Counted from the whole stretch's first letter, positions 14,052-28,658 are shown. The stretch: DNA of 63,412 nt, filler included, from Reticulomyxa filosa (GCA_000512085.1; 17 parts of 17 records of this genome joined end to end with filler, not necessarily neighbours in it), one strand, 5' to 3'. The notes: a model not told the origin generated them from the sequence alone. Made by a program: numbers and translations.

Positions 14052-16760
14052 ATGAAAACCTCGTCTACGTCAAAAAATGGTGCAATTGAAGCACCTGTTG
14101 AGAAGATAATTGACGATGAGCTCTTGGAGGCCGTTTGGGACTTAGATGCGGGAGACGTACACTACAATTATGGGGCACCTCAAACACAAAGTGAAGCCGC
14201 AAAAAGCAAAGAAATAGAGGAGCATCGACAAAGATATTTACAACGAGAACACGAAAGAGAAAAACAATTGGACGAAAGCATTTTCCTAAACTTTCACTCA
14301 TTGGATAGTATGAAAGGTGCAAAGGTGAGTAATTGTGATGAAAAATCGGCATCACTGCGTTGGGGGAGCATGGTAAACACGATCGACGAAGAAGAGTCGC
14401 AATCGAAAAACGACAACAGCCATGTTAAAAGCGAGTCAACAGTGGGGATAAAAAATGCACGAAACGAGAAATTAAAGCAAGGGATGGCAGGAAGAAAGCC
14501 TCCTCCGATGTTAGGTGGAACCGTAGGACAAAAGCCGGACATCATTCACCAAACATCCAACATTTACAAATCCACATTTCATATGGCATCATTGGCAAAA
14601 CAACAAAGACAAATTGTGCGATCACCTGAGCAATTGGATAATGTAAACATAAATAAATAAATAAATAAATATATGCATATATGTATATGTATATGATAAT
14701 AGTGCAATGTACAACAGATATGTTTTTGTTAATATAAATAAATATACAAGCCATTGTTAAGTGTGTCACACGATGACAAAAGTAATGGGAAAAAGTTTCC
14801 AGAAATGTGTCATTATCGAGTGGTTCACCAAGGGTACCTAAAAAAAAAAGGATATTACAACAAGTCTTGGAAACAACGCTATTGTCTATTGCTAGCTCAG
14901 CAAATCGATATTAACTCGGACAATGACCATGGTCCAATAATCGAGTATGACAACGAACAAGACCAAAACTATGTCAACCAGAAAATGTTACAACATTACC
15001 ATATTTTGTATCGCTTTCGATTGTTATATTTCAAGGACGACACCTTCCAAAACCTCAAAGGCAAATATCCTCATTGCACACAAATTGTATATTGTGTGTT
15101 GGTTTTTTAAAAAAATCAAACTGAGAAGAGATATGTTATATTTATGTTGTGAAATAATGGTAGGATGCATTTCATTCACTAGTGGCAGTAAGTATGGCAT
15201 TGTGTCATCAGCCAAAAAAAATGAACTGCCAAAGTGTGTGAACGTCGATGACTTGATATCAAAGTATGGAATTTATATTGTGACAGTGGATAGGATTTGG
15301 GTTTTCGATTGTTCAAACATTCAAACTGCTTGTGAATGGGTCGATGTCATTGCCAATGTCAAAGTTTAAACACAATGAAACATGCACTTTTTTTATTTAT
15401 TTATTTATTTATTTTGTTTTGTGATATATGAAACAAAATAAAACAAAAAAAGAACTTTTTTCGTGGATTTACATTTCGTGATTGGAATCTTATTCCAGAA
15501 CATGAAGATGACACGAAAGACGAAAATGTAAAAGCGAGCATGACGCAATGGGCTAAAAAAGTGGAAGAGATGGGTATGCGTCGAATGGGGATAAACAACG
15601 GCTTTGGCGACTGGTGTTTTGTGCAGCCCTTGTCCACAGCATCAAAATCGTTTCGTCATCCCAATGCCAAAGTTACGCCCGTCAAACAGTCTAAAAAATT
15701 GAAATATGTCCTTTTCATCAGCAATCCGCATGTCAGTCAATCATTTCAAGGATTGTTGTTGTTTGATGTTGATTATGGTCATTTCAAACGGAAAGAACAA
15801 AGAGATGATTTATATTTGCACATTCACGCTATTCTTCATCCTTTGCTGTCTCATCAAGGAGACAAGTTTGGTTTGATTCACTTCTTTTTTTTTCAATGTC
15901 TTTTTGTACAATACAAATTGCGCTTATAGAAGTGATATTTCCAAATGCCACACGAGTATGTCGTCGATCCAACAAATATCCCATTACGGGATCAAAAATC
16001 CTCAAATTTTGCCCTTGCCCAATCACACGTACGCTCGCCGATCCATCACCCCTCACAATACACGGCAAAGTGCATTGCAACATCGTCCTACTCATTGCGA
16101 GATTGACTCGTTCCATCTCGCTTCCTGTGAGCCCAACTTCACCGAACAGCCCTTGCTTATATCCATGGCCCACTGTTGTACATTTCAGTTCTGCCTCCAC
16201 TTCATGCGATTCAACTTGTCTTTTCTTAATGTTCACACAAACACATGTTTAGATCCAATTCATACAAATTAACTTTTTTTCCTTTGTTATCTTTCTTTTT
16301 CTTTTTCTCTCTTCCTCCTTTTACCTCCAAAAAGAGATATGACTATTCCAGAGGACGTACCCCTGACAGACAATAGCGTGGATACGTCTATCCAAAGAGC
16401 ATTTCAAGATGACGACAACGACATAGACACACACACAAAACAGACAAGGTCTTATGACAGTCTTATGACTTTGTCGTCCTCCACAAAAAAAGCTCAGACA
16501 CCAACTTCAAGTTCTTACTCAACCGTGGAGTTCCAAATCACCGGTGACAAATGGAAGATCAATCTTGAAACCAGGAGCGCCAAATACAAACACTTGTGGA
16601 AATTGGTGTTTCAAAATGTCAAAGTTATGTATATTGCCTTTGCCTGAAATTATAATTTAAAAAAATTTGTGTGATTACATGTTCAAAGTGTGGACAGCAG
16701 TCAACAATGATGGTCAGAGATGCCAATCCTCAATAATCTTGGCCAATATCTACTTCTAAT
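14052..16760 (+). CDS. Pleckstrin-homology (PH) domain protein, multi-exon
   Basis: VHQGYLKKKGYYNKSWKQRYCLL...LLYFKD...GCISF...RIWVFDCSNIQTACEWVDVI is a PH signature; further exons to ~16760 (3' end approximate). Confidence 0.78.
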
Positions 16761-17285
16761 AATATTCATATATTGCCATTTTGTTCAACATACTTTTACT
16801 ACTGCACAGTTTGTGCAAAGCATCACGAAGATAAAAATAGGATATCATAAAATAAAAAACTCACATAATCTAGCTTGGTATACTTTTTCGTGCTGAACAT
16901 TCAGAAACAACTAAACAAAATGTGAACATGTCAAAATGATCTCCTTTTATGTCTTGTATGCACTATTGATAAGATTTGATGACTTTTTGCAGTTTGCCAT
17001 TTTTAAGAAAATTTTGGGGATCTTTTCCTGCATAATTGGGATTTTATAAATGTTTTATTGTGTGCATTCGAACCGATTTGCAGTGTGTTTATTTTAAAAA
17101 TATTATTTGTAGAAGTTTGTGATTCATTCTTTGTCAAAAAATCGATAATGTTCTGAATTTGAATAGCATACTATTTTTACATATCNNNNNNNNNNNNNNN
17201 NNNNNNNNNNNNNNNNNNNNNNNNNNNNNTTAATTAATTAANNNNNNNNNNNNNNNNNNNNNNNNNNNNNNNNNNNNNNNNNNNN

Positions 17286-17631
17286 TTTCTCTCTTCCTCT
17301 TCCCCTCCCTCCCCTTCCTCCTCCTTCCTCCCCCCCTTTTTTTTTTGTTTGTTTGTCTGACAAATACTATCGGGATTGGTGCTGTAAAAAAAGGCTTGCT
17401 ATCGTCGCTTTCACTTGAAAACAGAGACTGGACCAAACAAGAGGAGGAAAAGCTGGCAATAGTGATAACGAAGTTCGGAGAAAAAGACTTGTTCACATGT
17501 ATCAAACTCAAAGAAGTGGGAAAGGGGAGGAGGGGGGGATACAAGGACAGGAAAAGGAAAGGAGAGATAGAAGGAAGGAGGGATGAACAGAACAAATCTT
17601 TTTTTTAAAAAAAAAAAAAATTAAACAATAC

Positions 17632-17673
<42 letters not shown>

Positions 17674-18023
17674 TATGTCAACATTCACATTTGAGAGTTG
17701 TAAAAACAAACAAATAAAATATATCAAGTGTCATCAGAAATGGATGGCCGAACCCCTTACCAATGCCTACAACGTGCTCGTCGCGCAGTTACAAAAGACG
17801 GAAGAGAGCATCACGATCGGACGGAGTGGAAGCAAACTGACGACTTGGTGCTTTTGCTAAGTGACAAAGTGTACGAATCGATTCGCGACATTGTCGTCCA
17901 AATGGACACGAAATTGGATCACCAATGTCGTGATGAGCTCAGACGACTTAAAGCTCGACTCAAGTCCATTGATTCTATACCTTGGACTCCGTTGGATTTT
18001 GTTACTCTTTTAACCGAGTTATT

Positions 18024-18063
<40 letters not shown>

Positions 18064-18971
18064 TGTATATGTATATGTGTATATGTATATGTATATATGT
18101 GTGTATATACTTGTTTGAAACATCATACACTGATGGCACAGAACCAAAAAACATGGCTGGGGCAATTGGCTTTATGTGTCGTTTTCGCTCAAGCATACTC
18201 GCGACATTGCTTCCATAGGTGGATTGATGCACAGTCTGTTTGGTGATATTTCGAATTTTCAAAGTTATCGATATGCGGAAATTTTGAACGCGCTTCAACA
18301 GTTGTATCAAATGTCCGAAGCACTTTGGAATTTGCGCAAACAACAGGCAAGCACCAATGACAATCAAATCCAATGTGATAAGGAAGCTGCCGACGTTCTC
18401 GCACAAAAGCAACTCATTGAAACGCTTTGTTATAACTTTAAATTCGATAGCTGTCAATTCAAGTTTATATTATATAAGTACATATATACAATACATATAT
18501 TATATATATATATATATATATATAATATCAATTTCAAATCGATCGAAGCTAAACTGATATATATATATATATATATATATGTGTTGTTTTGAAATATTGT
18601 AATGTGGACGCAAAAGGTCGTTTGAAGCAGAAAGGGAAAGCATGGTGAACGTAATGAGTGCAACATACCGACGAAACCGCAAAAGAAAAATGCGAGATGA
18701 AGAGGGAAATACAAATTCGAAACAGGATGATTCTGTCCCATCACCTCCGTCCAAACGCTCTCGCAAGCAGCCATCACAAAATACACTGCGTGATGGCACG
18801 GCCACTTCGAAGAGCTCTCGAAGAAAAAAAAAGTCAAACAAACTACGAACCCCTGTGAAAAAGAGATCGTCTTCGCGCAAAAAACAGCGCACCCAAAATA
18901 AAAATGATGTGGATGCGTCGAGACACGATCCGCATTTTCAACACTCTCCTACTATCTTTTCTTGTCACTAA
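17286..18971 (+). CDS. Myb/SANT-repeat protein (SNAPC4/SNAP190-like), 5' truncated
   Basis: DWTKQEEEKLAIVITKFG...SSEMDGRTPYQCLQR and EWKQTDDLVL Myb-like repeats; basic NLS-like C-terminus. Confidence 0.6.
17632..18582. repeat. Intronic (TA)n and (TATATG)n microsatellites; similar tracts in many other introns (e.g. 9025-9080, 23170-23214, 32262-32325)
   Basis: Direct inspection. Confidence 0.85.
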
Positions 18972-19577
18972 TGCAATAAAAGTCCATCAGTCAGTCCCAT
19001 GTCAAATTACAAACTTATTCATCTCTTTTGGCCATCCTCCTCCTCCTTCCTCCCTCTGCTTTACCTTTCGGATTCTAATAATCATTATAATACTATACTG
19101 CTACTCATATTACTAACGAAAACTAAACTGTGCTAAACCACTGATAACAATTATAATAAATCGAATATTACCTTTTTTTTTTTTTTTTTTCTCCCACTTC
19201 TCAGAAGTAAGCTTGGCCTCCATGAATTCCTCCTCTCCTTATCTTAAATCTCGCATCAGACTGATCGTATCTTTCTCTTGTAAGAACATTTTTACCTTTT
19301 TTTCTCCAACATTTCTACAAAATTCGTTTTCCAAAATCATCCTTTGTGAAAAAAAATGTAAAATTCGCGACGTTTGTATATTAAAGGACTTCAAATGGAA
19401 ATGTTGTGTTTTTTTTAAAAAAAATTTGAAGCATTTCGTGTTGCTTTAGGATCAATTTCAAGAGATATTTCAACAAGAGAAATCAAAAATGCTCAAATAA
19501 TTTTTTGTAATTGAATTAACTTTGATAAAGTGAAAGAGTTTTCGCTTCAAACATGTTGATGCAATTTAGTGAACTGT

Positions 19578-21502
19578 TTAGTTGTTGGTGTTGAAAGTAT
19601 AGTGTTTTGTGTCTGTCGTGTTTTTTACAGAAGTGGAAATTTTTGACAACGAAGTGCTAGACATCTCTGAAAATTGGCAGAATTGTGACCTAAAAACTTG
19701 AGACGAAGGTTTGTACTTTTCAGGACCGTTCAAAACCGAAGTTTTGGTTTTTAACGACACCCCCGGGGACAACTGTTCGGTCATTATTTTTTTTGTATTT
19801 GTGTAGTGAAGGGGAACCAAGTCGCTATACAAATTTTCAAATAAAATCAAACCTTAATCACAGTCTCTAAAGGAGGTTGCAAAAATAACGCACGCTTTTT
19901 GAAGCTGACGCCCTTTTCTAGATTTTTTTGGCTGGACTGGGCAGCTTTGTTTTGTTTGGAAGTCATCGTTTTTTTGGTTCCTTTATCGCGGCGTCTCTTA
20001 TTTGTAATTTCCGCTAATGGTTTATCATTGATAACATTAATTATCGGGACGATTCTTTTCATTCATTTATTTTATTTTATTGTTACATTTATTTTAAAAA
20101 AAAAATAGAGTTCAGAGGGAATAAAAAAAAATCTTATGGCGAACACATTATGTGGCATTTTGTCAAAGTCAATAATGGGAGTCGGATCAACAATAATTCT
20201 TTTGACTGAATTAGCTTTACTTTTGTTTATTTTGGGCTTTGAGTTGATAGTTTTATCCTTTTCTTTGACTTGTGTTGGTTTATGGCTCTCCCGTGTTAGT
20301 TTATGGCTCTCTCGTGTTAGTTGGATTGGCTTTTTGTTAGTAGCAGACTTTATATTTTCCTTTGTATTTATTATTCATTTTACTTTTTGCTATAATTCGA
20401 TAAGTAGGCCCAAAAGAAAAAATAGAGTGCGATCAACTTTTTGAATTGGTTTGACTTTGGTATCACTAAAAACGTTATTTTTTTTGTCTTTTAGTGAAGT
20501 TAAGACAGGCTTATTTTGTAATTCTGGTTTTTTTTTCGTTGTGGGAGCAACTTTTTTGAGCGACTCCGTTTTTGTTGGTGGTTTCTTTGGCAGAGTGCTA
20601 TTTCGATAAACTACTTTCTCAGAGTCTTTGAAGTGCAGAAACAAAGATAGCATAAGAATCAAACAATTGCAAACAAAAACCTGCTTTTGTTGGCAATAGC
20701 ACTTGGCGGAAGGTTCTCCTTCTCCAATTTTTTCTTGGAGACTTGTGGCTCCGTTTTTTCTTGTCTTTCCATTTTTTAATAATTTGCGCCACTTTTTTTT
20801 TTGAAAGAGAGGACTATGTAAAGAGGTTTAAATATAACTGTGGTTTTGGTTCCTCACTCTTCTGCTGACGTTTTGCCCGATCCTTTATTGCAGAGTCAGG
20901 TTTTAGTTGCAGACTTCTTTTGCTGGCTCGATGCAAGTTTTTTAGGCTTGCAAAATCTTGTTCCATTTTTTGCTCACTCAGTAAAGCTGCTCCAATAAAA
21001 GGAAATACATTGCTCCATGCATCTTTGGCGATCAAAGGAGGCTCTATGGTATTACATATTGGATCAATTAGATATCATAAATGCATTTTTTTTTTATATG
21101 GATTCACCTGCGCCAATGTCCCAGTTTTTCCCGGGGCCAACAGGTATCGAATTATCCTGTTGAGAGATGTGAGGTTCTCCGGTATCTTTTGGCATAAAGC
21201 ACCACTTACAATAGTGCTGAAAATCACTTTTTTAAAAATCAAAATCACTGTTTGCGGTGAGTTTCACATTTGTTGAATGAAAGAGACCAGAACTGAAGAA
21301 ATTGTTTTGCGACAATACGTCGTTCAACTTGATCACGAAAGTTTTTTTCGTGTTGTTCCATTGCATTAAATACGCAGCCGGTTACAACGTTTCTGCATAT
21401 TTCATTTGCTTCTTGCAAATGTTCTGTTAATGCAAGTAGCTCTTCAATTGAAACACTGTTTTTTTTAATTTTTTTGTTGAGAGATGAAACATTCGAGGGC
21501 AT
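19578..21502 (-). CDS. Lys-rich hypothetical protein, multi-exon
   Basis: Chain of minus-strand exon ORFs (21245-21502, 20814-21035, 20390-20662, 19847-20062, 19578-19850) separated by AT-rich introns. Confidence 0.55.
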
Positions 21503-22329
21503 TTAGTTATTGATGTTTATTTTGCTTTTAATATCTCTGTCAAGAGAAAAAAGAACACAAGATATTTGCTCATAATGTGTAGCAAGATTAAATACTTTAT
21601 TGAATCAACAGCAATTTTTTTTAATATTATGTATTTACAGGCAAGCCAAAAAAATTTGATATCCATGAAATACAAGTGTTAGTGCTACTTTTTATTTCAA
21701 TTTTAAAGAAAACAGGATATTAGTTGACTAATAAATGTTGTTTCTTTTAAGACACAAACTTGCGTTAAAAATTGAACAAGGACCGTTTTTATCAAATAAG
21801 ATGAATAATCACTTATATTGCTGCTTGTGGCATTTTTTTTGTAGCAAGTCAATGCAAAACCTCTCCATTTTTGATTTCTTTTTTATTTGCACACGCAAGC
21901 GCTTGCAAAATTTGATGAAGGAATAAAGGAAGAAAAATAGACCTGATATATAAAAAAAAGATTATGTACTCCTCGATTTATAATCCATTTCAAAACGGTT
22001 TCATAATGCCGGAATCGACGAGGAGGGAGAGGGGGGGAGGGAAAAAGGGACATGGATAAAGTTGAAGATAGAATTTTACCGCGGCGATTTCATTTGCTTC
22101 TCAGTGCTTCTTTTTCAAAGTAAAAAAATCTAACGTTTTTTTTTTTTGGAGTGTTATAAATCAGAACAAAATAAAAATATGAAAGAAGGAAAAATAAAAA
22201 CAAAAACAAAAAAAAAAAAAACATACACCATTACGTCAACCCATTTTTTTTTTTGATATGTGTATTGATGCGTGTAATGGGAAAAAAAACCTTTGCATTT
22301 GTTTGAATGTTATGTTGTATATGTGTGTA

Positions 22330-22775
22330 TGTGTGAGTGAAGTGAATTATACAAGCGAAGAGATAAAAAGCATGGACAAAGAGACGAGAAACGAAGGAGA
22401 GAAACGAGTGAATGGACATGGGGTAATGATGGAAGAAGTGAAAGCAAGCGAAAGACAAGAAGAGAAGGAGAAAGGGAATGAAGACAAGCATGGCAATGGC
22501 AATGGACCAACGAACGAAGCAGGGACAAGGACAGGGATAGCATTAAAAAAAGAAGCCATGACCGAAGTGCCGATAAACGAACGAAGGTCTTTTTCATCTC
22601 TTTCGCATTGTCAGCAAACCAGTGATCACACTATTGTTCGACCCACTTCTATGTCCACGTCCGCGTCCGCGTCCGCGTCAGTGTCAACAACGTTCATCTC
22701 CACATCGACAGCGACGTCAACTTTAACTTCAAAGTCCGAATCAGCGGGTCTTGTCCATGTGCAGGAAGCAGGAGC

Positions 22776-22818
<43 letters not shown>

Positions 22819-23100
22819 CGAGCAGAAGCAGAAGAAGAAGATAATGCTGTTAATGATCATGATCATGACGATGATGGAAATGAGGAAGAGGAAGAGGATC
22901 ATCTGCAACGGATAGGCGAAGAGTCAGAAGGAGATGATTCTTTACCCATTCGACATATTAATGGTAATAACAGCAGTGGCAATGGCAATGGCAATGGCAA
23001 TGGCAATGGTAATGGTACCAATCACCAACTCAATTTCCATTTGGGAAGAGAAAGAGGCGCAGAGCTCCATCAAGACGGCAGCTTATATGCTGTCAATTTC
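22330..23100 (+). CDS. Low-complexity protein N-terminal part (poly-Q, poly-NG, acidic), 3' truncated
   Basis: ORF 22258-23262 with (CAA)n = polyQ at ~22776-22817 and (GGCAAT)n = GN repeat at ~22978-23015. Confidence 0.55.
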
Positions 23101-23659
23101 CCTACGTTTTGTTTGTCTTTTCCTTTTTATTTGGGGAAAAAAAGTTGGAGCGAGGTTTTTTTTTTTATTTTATATACATATACATATACATATATATATG
23201 TATATGTATATATANNNNNNNNNNNNNNNNNNNNNNNNNNNNNNNNNNNNNNNNNNNNTTAATTAATTAANNNNNNNNNNNNNNNNNNNNNNNNNNNNNN
23301 NNNNNNNNNNNNNNATGTGACAGTTATCCATACATTGAAGAGAAACAATAATTCATATGATATGATTTTAAAAAAATTGGTCATTTAGAAGAAACTTTAT
23401 GTCCACTTTGTCTTTAAAAATTCAAAAATCCTTGCATTTTGTCCATATTTTATTATTTTCAATAAATGGCATTTTTTTTTGTCGATGAAATAAAAATTTC
23501 TTAAGTTTAGTTTTATATGAATGGAATAATTGGTTTAAAAGCAGGACGCTTTTCATTTGGTGCCAATGAGAACTACTAATTTTAATGCATAAAACAAGTT
23601 AAAAAAATGGTTATTTGTTTGCGAATATAAATTATAATAGTTTCTTTTTTTTAACGCTT

Positions 23660-24503
23660 TCATAGTGGTCTCCACAACCGAATTGTTCCATCTTCAGAAT
23701 TGGATAATCACAGATTGGCTTATATTAATCTTTGGCTATGTGATATGAATAACATTGTCGATTTTCAAAACCACAACAAATTACGAGTTCGTAATCTCCA
23801 AATCATTATCGACATTGAGGAATCCCATACACACACTCCAGTCTTCATGTTGTTTCTTCATCATTTCTTCCTCCAATAATGTGTACATGATTCACTCAAT
23901 ATTACAATAGAATATCTTAATCGGCTGGGTAAAGCATTTTGAAATACCGTCCACTCGTTTTCTCTGATTGAATACTTGTGTACTGATTTTGAAACAACAA
24001 CATCAACAAATTTATTATCTTATCCACATATGCATATGAATAAAATGGTGCAATATCATCACAAACAGGTAGTTGATGAAATTGAAAAGTATTGTTATTT
24101 TCCTGTCTTCTTTTTAAACAACAGCATTTGATAATTTTGTTTATTTGTTTGAAGCAATGATGATTATCAGTTGGTAAAATATGATAATTGGGTGATTGTA
24201 ATTATTGAATTTCAAGAAGATTCAAAAAATAATAAAATGATTTGTTTGGTGTATCTATCAGTTTCACTACACGGTGTCCCCATAATGTAACATTACTTGG
24301 ATACTAACAAATAAACTTGTATTCGTTTTTGATTGTATGATAAGAATAACAAGCTCTTTTATATACACCTCCACAAATGAAGAGTTCGTGTTTGTGTAGC
24401 ATACATTGAGAGTCAGAAAGTAGAGCGGGCAAAGCCTTCAAATTTTTAAAGAGAGTAATAAGATGTTGAGATTCTTGTGTTGTTAATGCTGAAGTTTTTT
24501 CAT
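23660..24503 (-). pseudogene. Decayed Kelch-motif family gene
   Basis: Minus strand reads FKNLKALPALLSDSQCMLHKHELFICGG...RACYSYHTIKNEYKFIC*YP with in-frame stops and frameshifts. Confidence 0.7.
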
Positions 24504-26675
24504 ATTTGGAAAAAAAATAACAAGTGGTTTTTAATCCTGATGCAAATGTAATGTAATTGATTGTCTTAAGTTAAAAAATAGAGAATTATTTCAGAAATTG
24601 ATTCAAATAACGCATAAAAACATTTATAATAAGTCATATCTTGAATAAATGGAACTAAAATAACTAAGGATCATATATATGAAAAAAAGTAATCTCTTCA
24701 AAAAAAGGTAAAAAAGAAAACCTTTGGCCTTCAATTTGACGGAAATTTCTTTCATCCTTTTTTGAAGTTAAAAATCAAACATCATAGAATGCTAAATTCA
24801 AATGTACTTTTTTGTTTTGTTTGGATCTGTTCTTTCAATGCAACAATAGTTTTTTAAAATAGAAAAGTTTTTTTGAATTACAAAAGAAAAGGAGTAGAAC
24901 AAGTTTTTTTTGTTTCATTTAATTACTAACTAATTAGATAAAAGAATGTCTTTCAAAACTTTTGCTTTGAGCTGACATTTGCTCTCTGAGCGTAAAAAGA
25001 CCAAAAAAAAAATCTGAAACTGTCAACGCAGGCAATGATAAAAAACAAGGAATTTTACATTCAAAAGAGATAGTTTCAAAATAACGTCAATGATAGCAAG
25101 ACTATCAACAAACAAAACATATTCATANNNNNNNNNNNNNNNNNNNNNNNNNNNNNNNNNNNNNNNNNNNNTTAATTAATTAANNNNNNNNNNNNNNNNN
25201 NNNNNNNNNNNNNNNNNNNNNNNNNNNTTTTTTTTACTATGAAATTTACATGTTATATAAATATAGAAATCTATTGAACAATTACAAATGAAATTGAATA
25301 AATCGAAATTACAACGATATTAAATTAATCTAAATTTAGTATTATTTATATATTGCAAGATATTAATATTAAATATAATATATTGAAATATTGCAAGTCC
25401 AAAAAGTTACATAAACATAAGCAACACTAGTCTGTATATTATAAATAATATATACTTATTATTTGATGACTACGATACATTGTTATACGACAACTCAAAA
25501 CAAATTTATGATCATTATTCAATTACAAATGAAGTGAGTAATGAGTGATGTAACTGAAAGAAGATGTCTATAACATCAATTTTAAAAGTCTAAAGATTGT
25601 TTGATATTTATTTATTAGTTAGTAAGCTAGAATCCAGTCAATCAAAAGACCTAGTTAACCAGTTTTTGTTCATCTATCTTTATATAATCTATTAAGACTA
25701 TGTTTAATATGAAGTTGTGTCTATCAATGATAATAATGTTTGAAAAAAGATGCAATTCTGATTTTATAAAGTTATAGTCACATATTATATATTGTACTAT
25801 ATATCAAAGATGATCAATTAGATTCATTGCGATCACATAAAAATTATTGAAAGCTTTATAATGCATATACAATATAATCTTTTATACTAGATACTTGTTA
25901 ATTTTGCTGATAAAGATGATGAATCAACAAATTATATTATTTATAAATTATTATATTCCTTTTGAAATAACACCAATTCGAGAATTCCTTCCAGCTTTTT
26001 GTACACATGAAATGATATATCTTCAACGTATTAACTATTCTTTTTTGAAAAACATAAATTACAAATTCAACATTATTTTGTGTTCAATATAGCAAGTCGC
26101 ACCAATTATATTGGAGAAGAAATAATCTAAGTGTACAATTAATTTAAAAACAAAACTATACTTATTAAAGAATATAAAAAAATTTGAGTTATTTTTTAAA
26201 GATCTATTATCCATATATTTGGATAAAAACAAAGAATAAGTCTGTGATGATGTATACTTGATGTTAGTAGCAAGCTATCACATAATATATTTTTCACACG
26301 CAGATATATTTTTGTTTACTCAGCACATCGATTTCGAGTTCCGTTGTCCCTGTTGTGTTTTTTTTAAAAAAAAAGACATTGATGAATATAATTTGCTTAT
26401 TAGATCAGTTCATTGAAGAAACTCTTTGATTTTTGTGAACTACAAATAATAATAATTGTCCTTTTGCAACATTGTAAATGCTTGCTTTTAAGTAATTTGT
26501 TAGAACTGATGTATTTTTGCGTTTGTGACTAATATATTTGNNNNNNNNNNNNNNNNNNNNNNNNNNNNNNNNNNNNNNNNNNNNTTAATTAATTAANNNN
26601 NNNNNNNNNNNNNNNNNNNNNNNNNNNNNNNNNNNNNNNNTTTTTTTTTTTTTGGGTGAAAAAAAAAAAAAAAAG

Positions 26676-28029
26676 GAAATTGATGGACTGTTGGAATCAT
26701 CATTGGAGCAAAAAAAAAAAGACTCAGGAAAAACGACAGGCGGGAGTATTGGAACCACTCGCAAAGGTATTGGTCCGACGTATGCTTCGAAAATGTATAG
26801 AAATGGTATAAGGATGGGCGATTTGAAAGACTTTGACTCGTTCAAAGAACGATATTTACAAGTCGGTTAACTTGCACATTTCGTCTACAATCCCTCTCGA
26901 ATATCAAACAAAAGGGAGGAGTGGACATGACGACACTATTTTTTTGTTTTCTTTTGTTTGTTTCTCCGTTTTGGATCATACGACATCCCTTTTTTATTTT
27001 TTAAAAAAAAAAATTTGTTGTTGGTTTTTTTTTTTGTACGTACTTCGATTTGGATAAAAATGTAAAATTGAAAAAAGCTCGTCGAGAGAAACCAAAAATC
27101 ATTCGGCTTTGAATACAATCCCAAAGAAGAATTGGCAAGGTTTGAATCTTATCGCAATGTGTTATTGCCAATGATTGATGACACAATTTTGTATGTGAAT
27201 GAATCATTGAAAGACGGGAAACGCGTCTTGCTAGAAGGGGCAAATGCTGCTCTATTAGACATCGATTTTGGAACTTATCCTATGGTTACTGCTTCTACGA
27301 CGACGCATGGTGGAGTTAGCACTGGCATGGGATTGTTAGTTATTTGTTTTGTGTTGACGTTTGTACATTTATTTATTCCCACTGTTTGAGGATGGCTTCT
27401 CACACAAAAATAGGGCTTCTCCGCATGTAAACACGCGCATTGGAGTTGTAAAGGCTTATACCACGAGAGTAGGACATGGACCATTTCCAACAGAACTGAA
27501 AGATGCAATTGGGGAGCACTTATGTAGTGTTGGACACGAGTACGGAACAACCACCGGCCGTAAACGAAGAACTGGATGGATTGATATTCCGCTTTTGCAT
27601 TACTCTCATTTAATTAATTGCTATTCATCCATTAACATCACCAAATTGGATGTGTTGACAGGATTGAATGAAATTAAAATTGGCAAAGCTTATATTTTGG
27701 ACGGCAAGAGATTACGTCCAGGCGCAATGCCCTCTTTGATGACTGATTTGGCCAAAGTTGAAGTGGGAACCGAAAGGGTTTGAATTCCGGGTTTTTAAAA
27801 ACCCGGCCTTTCGGTTCCAACTCTTGACTCCAAATGAAATTTTTTATTAAATGAAAATACAACAGCAATGCCCGGATGGAAAGATGACATCAGTGGCTGC
27901 AAAAACTATGACGAATTGCCAACAAATGCTAAGAAATATATGGAGCGCATAGAAGAACTTGTAAAAGTGCCAGTGTCTTGGATCGGAGTAGGACCTGGAC
28001 GTCTAGATATGTTGTTGAAAAACAAGTAG
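26676..28029 (+). CDS. ADSS: Adenylosuccinate synthetase, C-terminal part
   Basis: [78 protein letters not shown]. Confidence 0.96.
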
Positions 28030-28658
28030 AAAGTTGCACTGAATATTCTTGAATATTCTGTCCTTTTTTTTTTGTTACGTGCAAAAAATTAACATAGAAA
28101 CATAGAAATAATGGTTTCCCCCTTTTTGAAATTTACTATGCTCTATTTGCTAGGGCATATTCGAGTAACCCTTTCTCTTGAGTTCTCATACAATAGTATA
28201 AAAAATATGCCTAACTCTCAAACGATATCACAAAACCGTTCTTTTAATCAGTTCCTTAGGAGATATTTTAGTGCAATCAAAATACAAACACCCACTGCAC
28301 TTTTTTGTGGAGAAAATTTATCGACCGTTAAGCTATTTCTGAAATTGCCTTAAAAAATCAAAGCTGGAAGTATACTTTTTATTTCTAATGTATTTGGTTT
28401 TAGCTTTTTTCTTTAGTATAATATATATATAGTTATAACATACTATATTTTCAAATTCTAGGAGTAATATCTGTCAATGGTGACGGAATGAAAGTACTTG
28501 TGATTACAAGAGCAAAAATATCAATAAATACAATGATGAAATATGAACGTATATTTCACATAATGTTATTGAAATAATATTATAAATCGTTACAAAATTT
28601 TGAAAAACTGATCATTGAAGTGTGTTTTATCCAGCCTGTTGATTTAGTTTTTCAACTA

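Noticed and set aside
20272-20322. 21-bp tandem duplication (LTRESHK twice on the minus strand)
   Set aside because: Ordinary in-frame micro-duplication in a low-complexity exon.
25228-26540. AT-rich contig with short ORFs
   Set aside because: No recognisable motif or structure.
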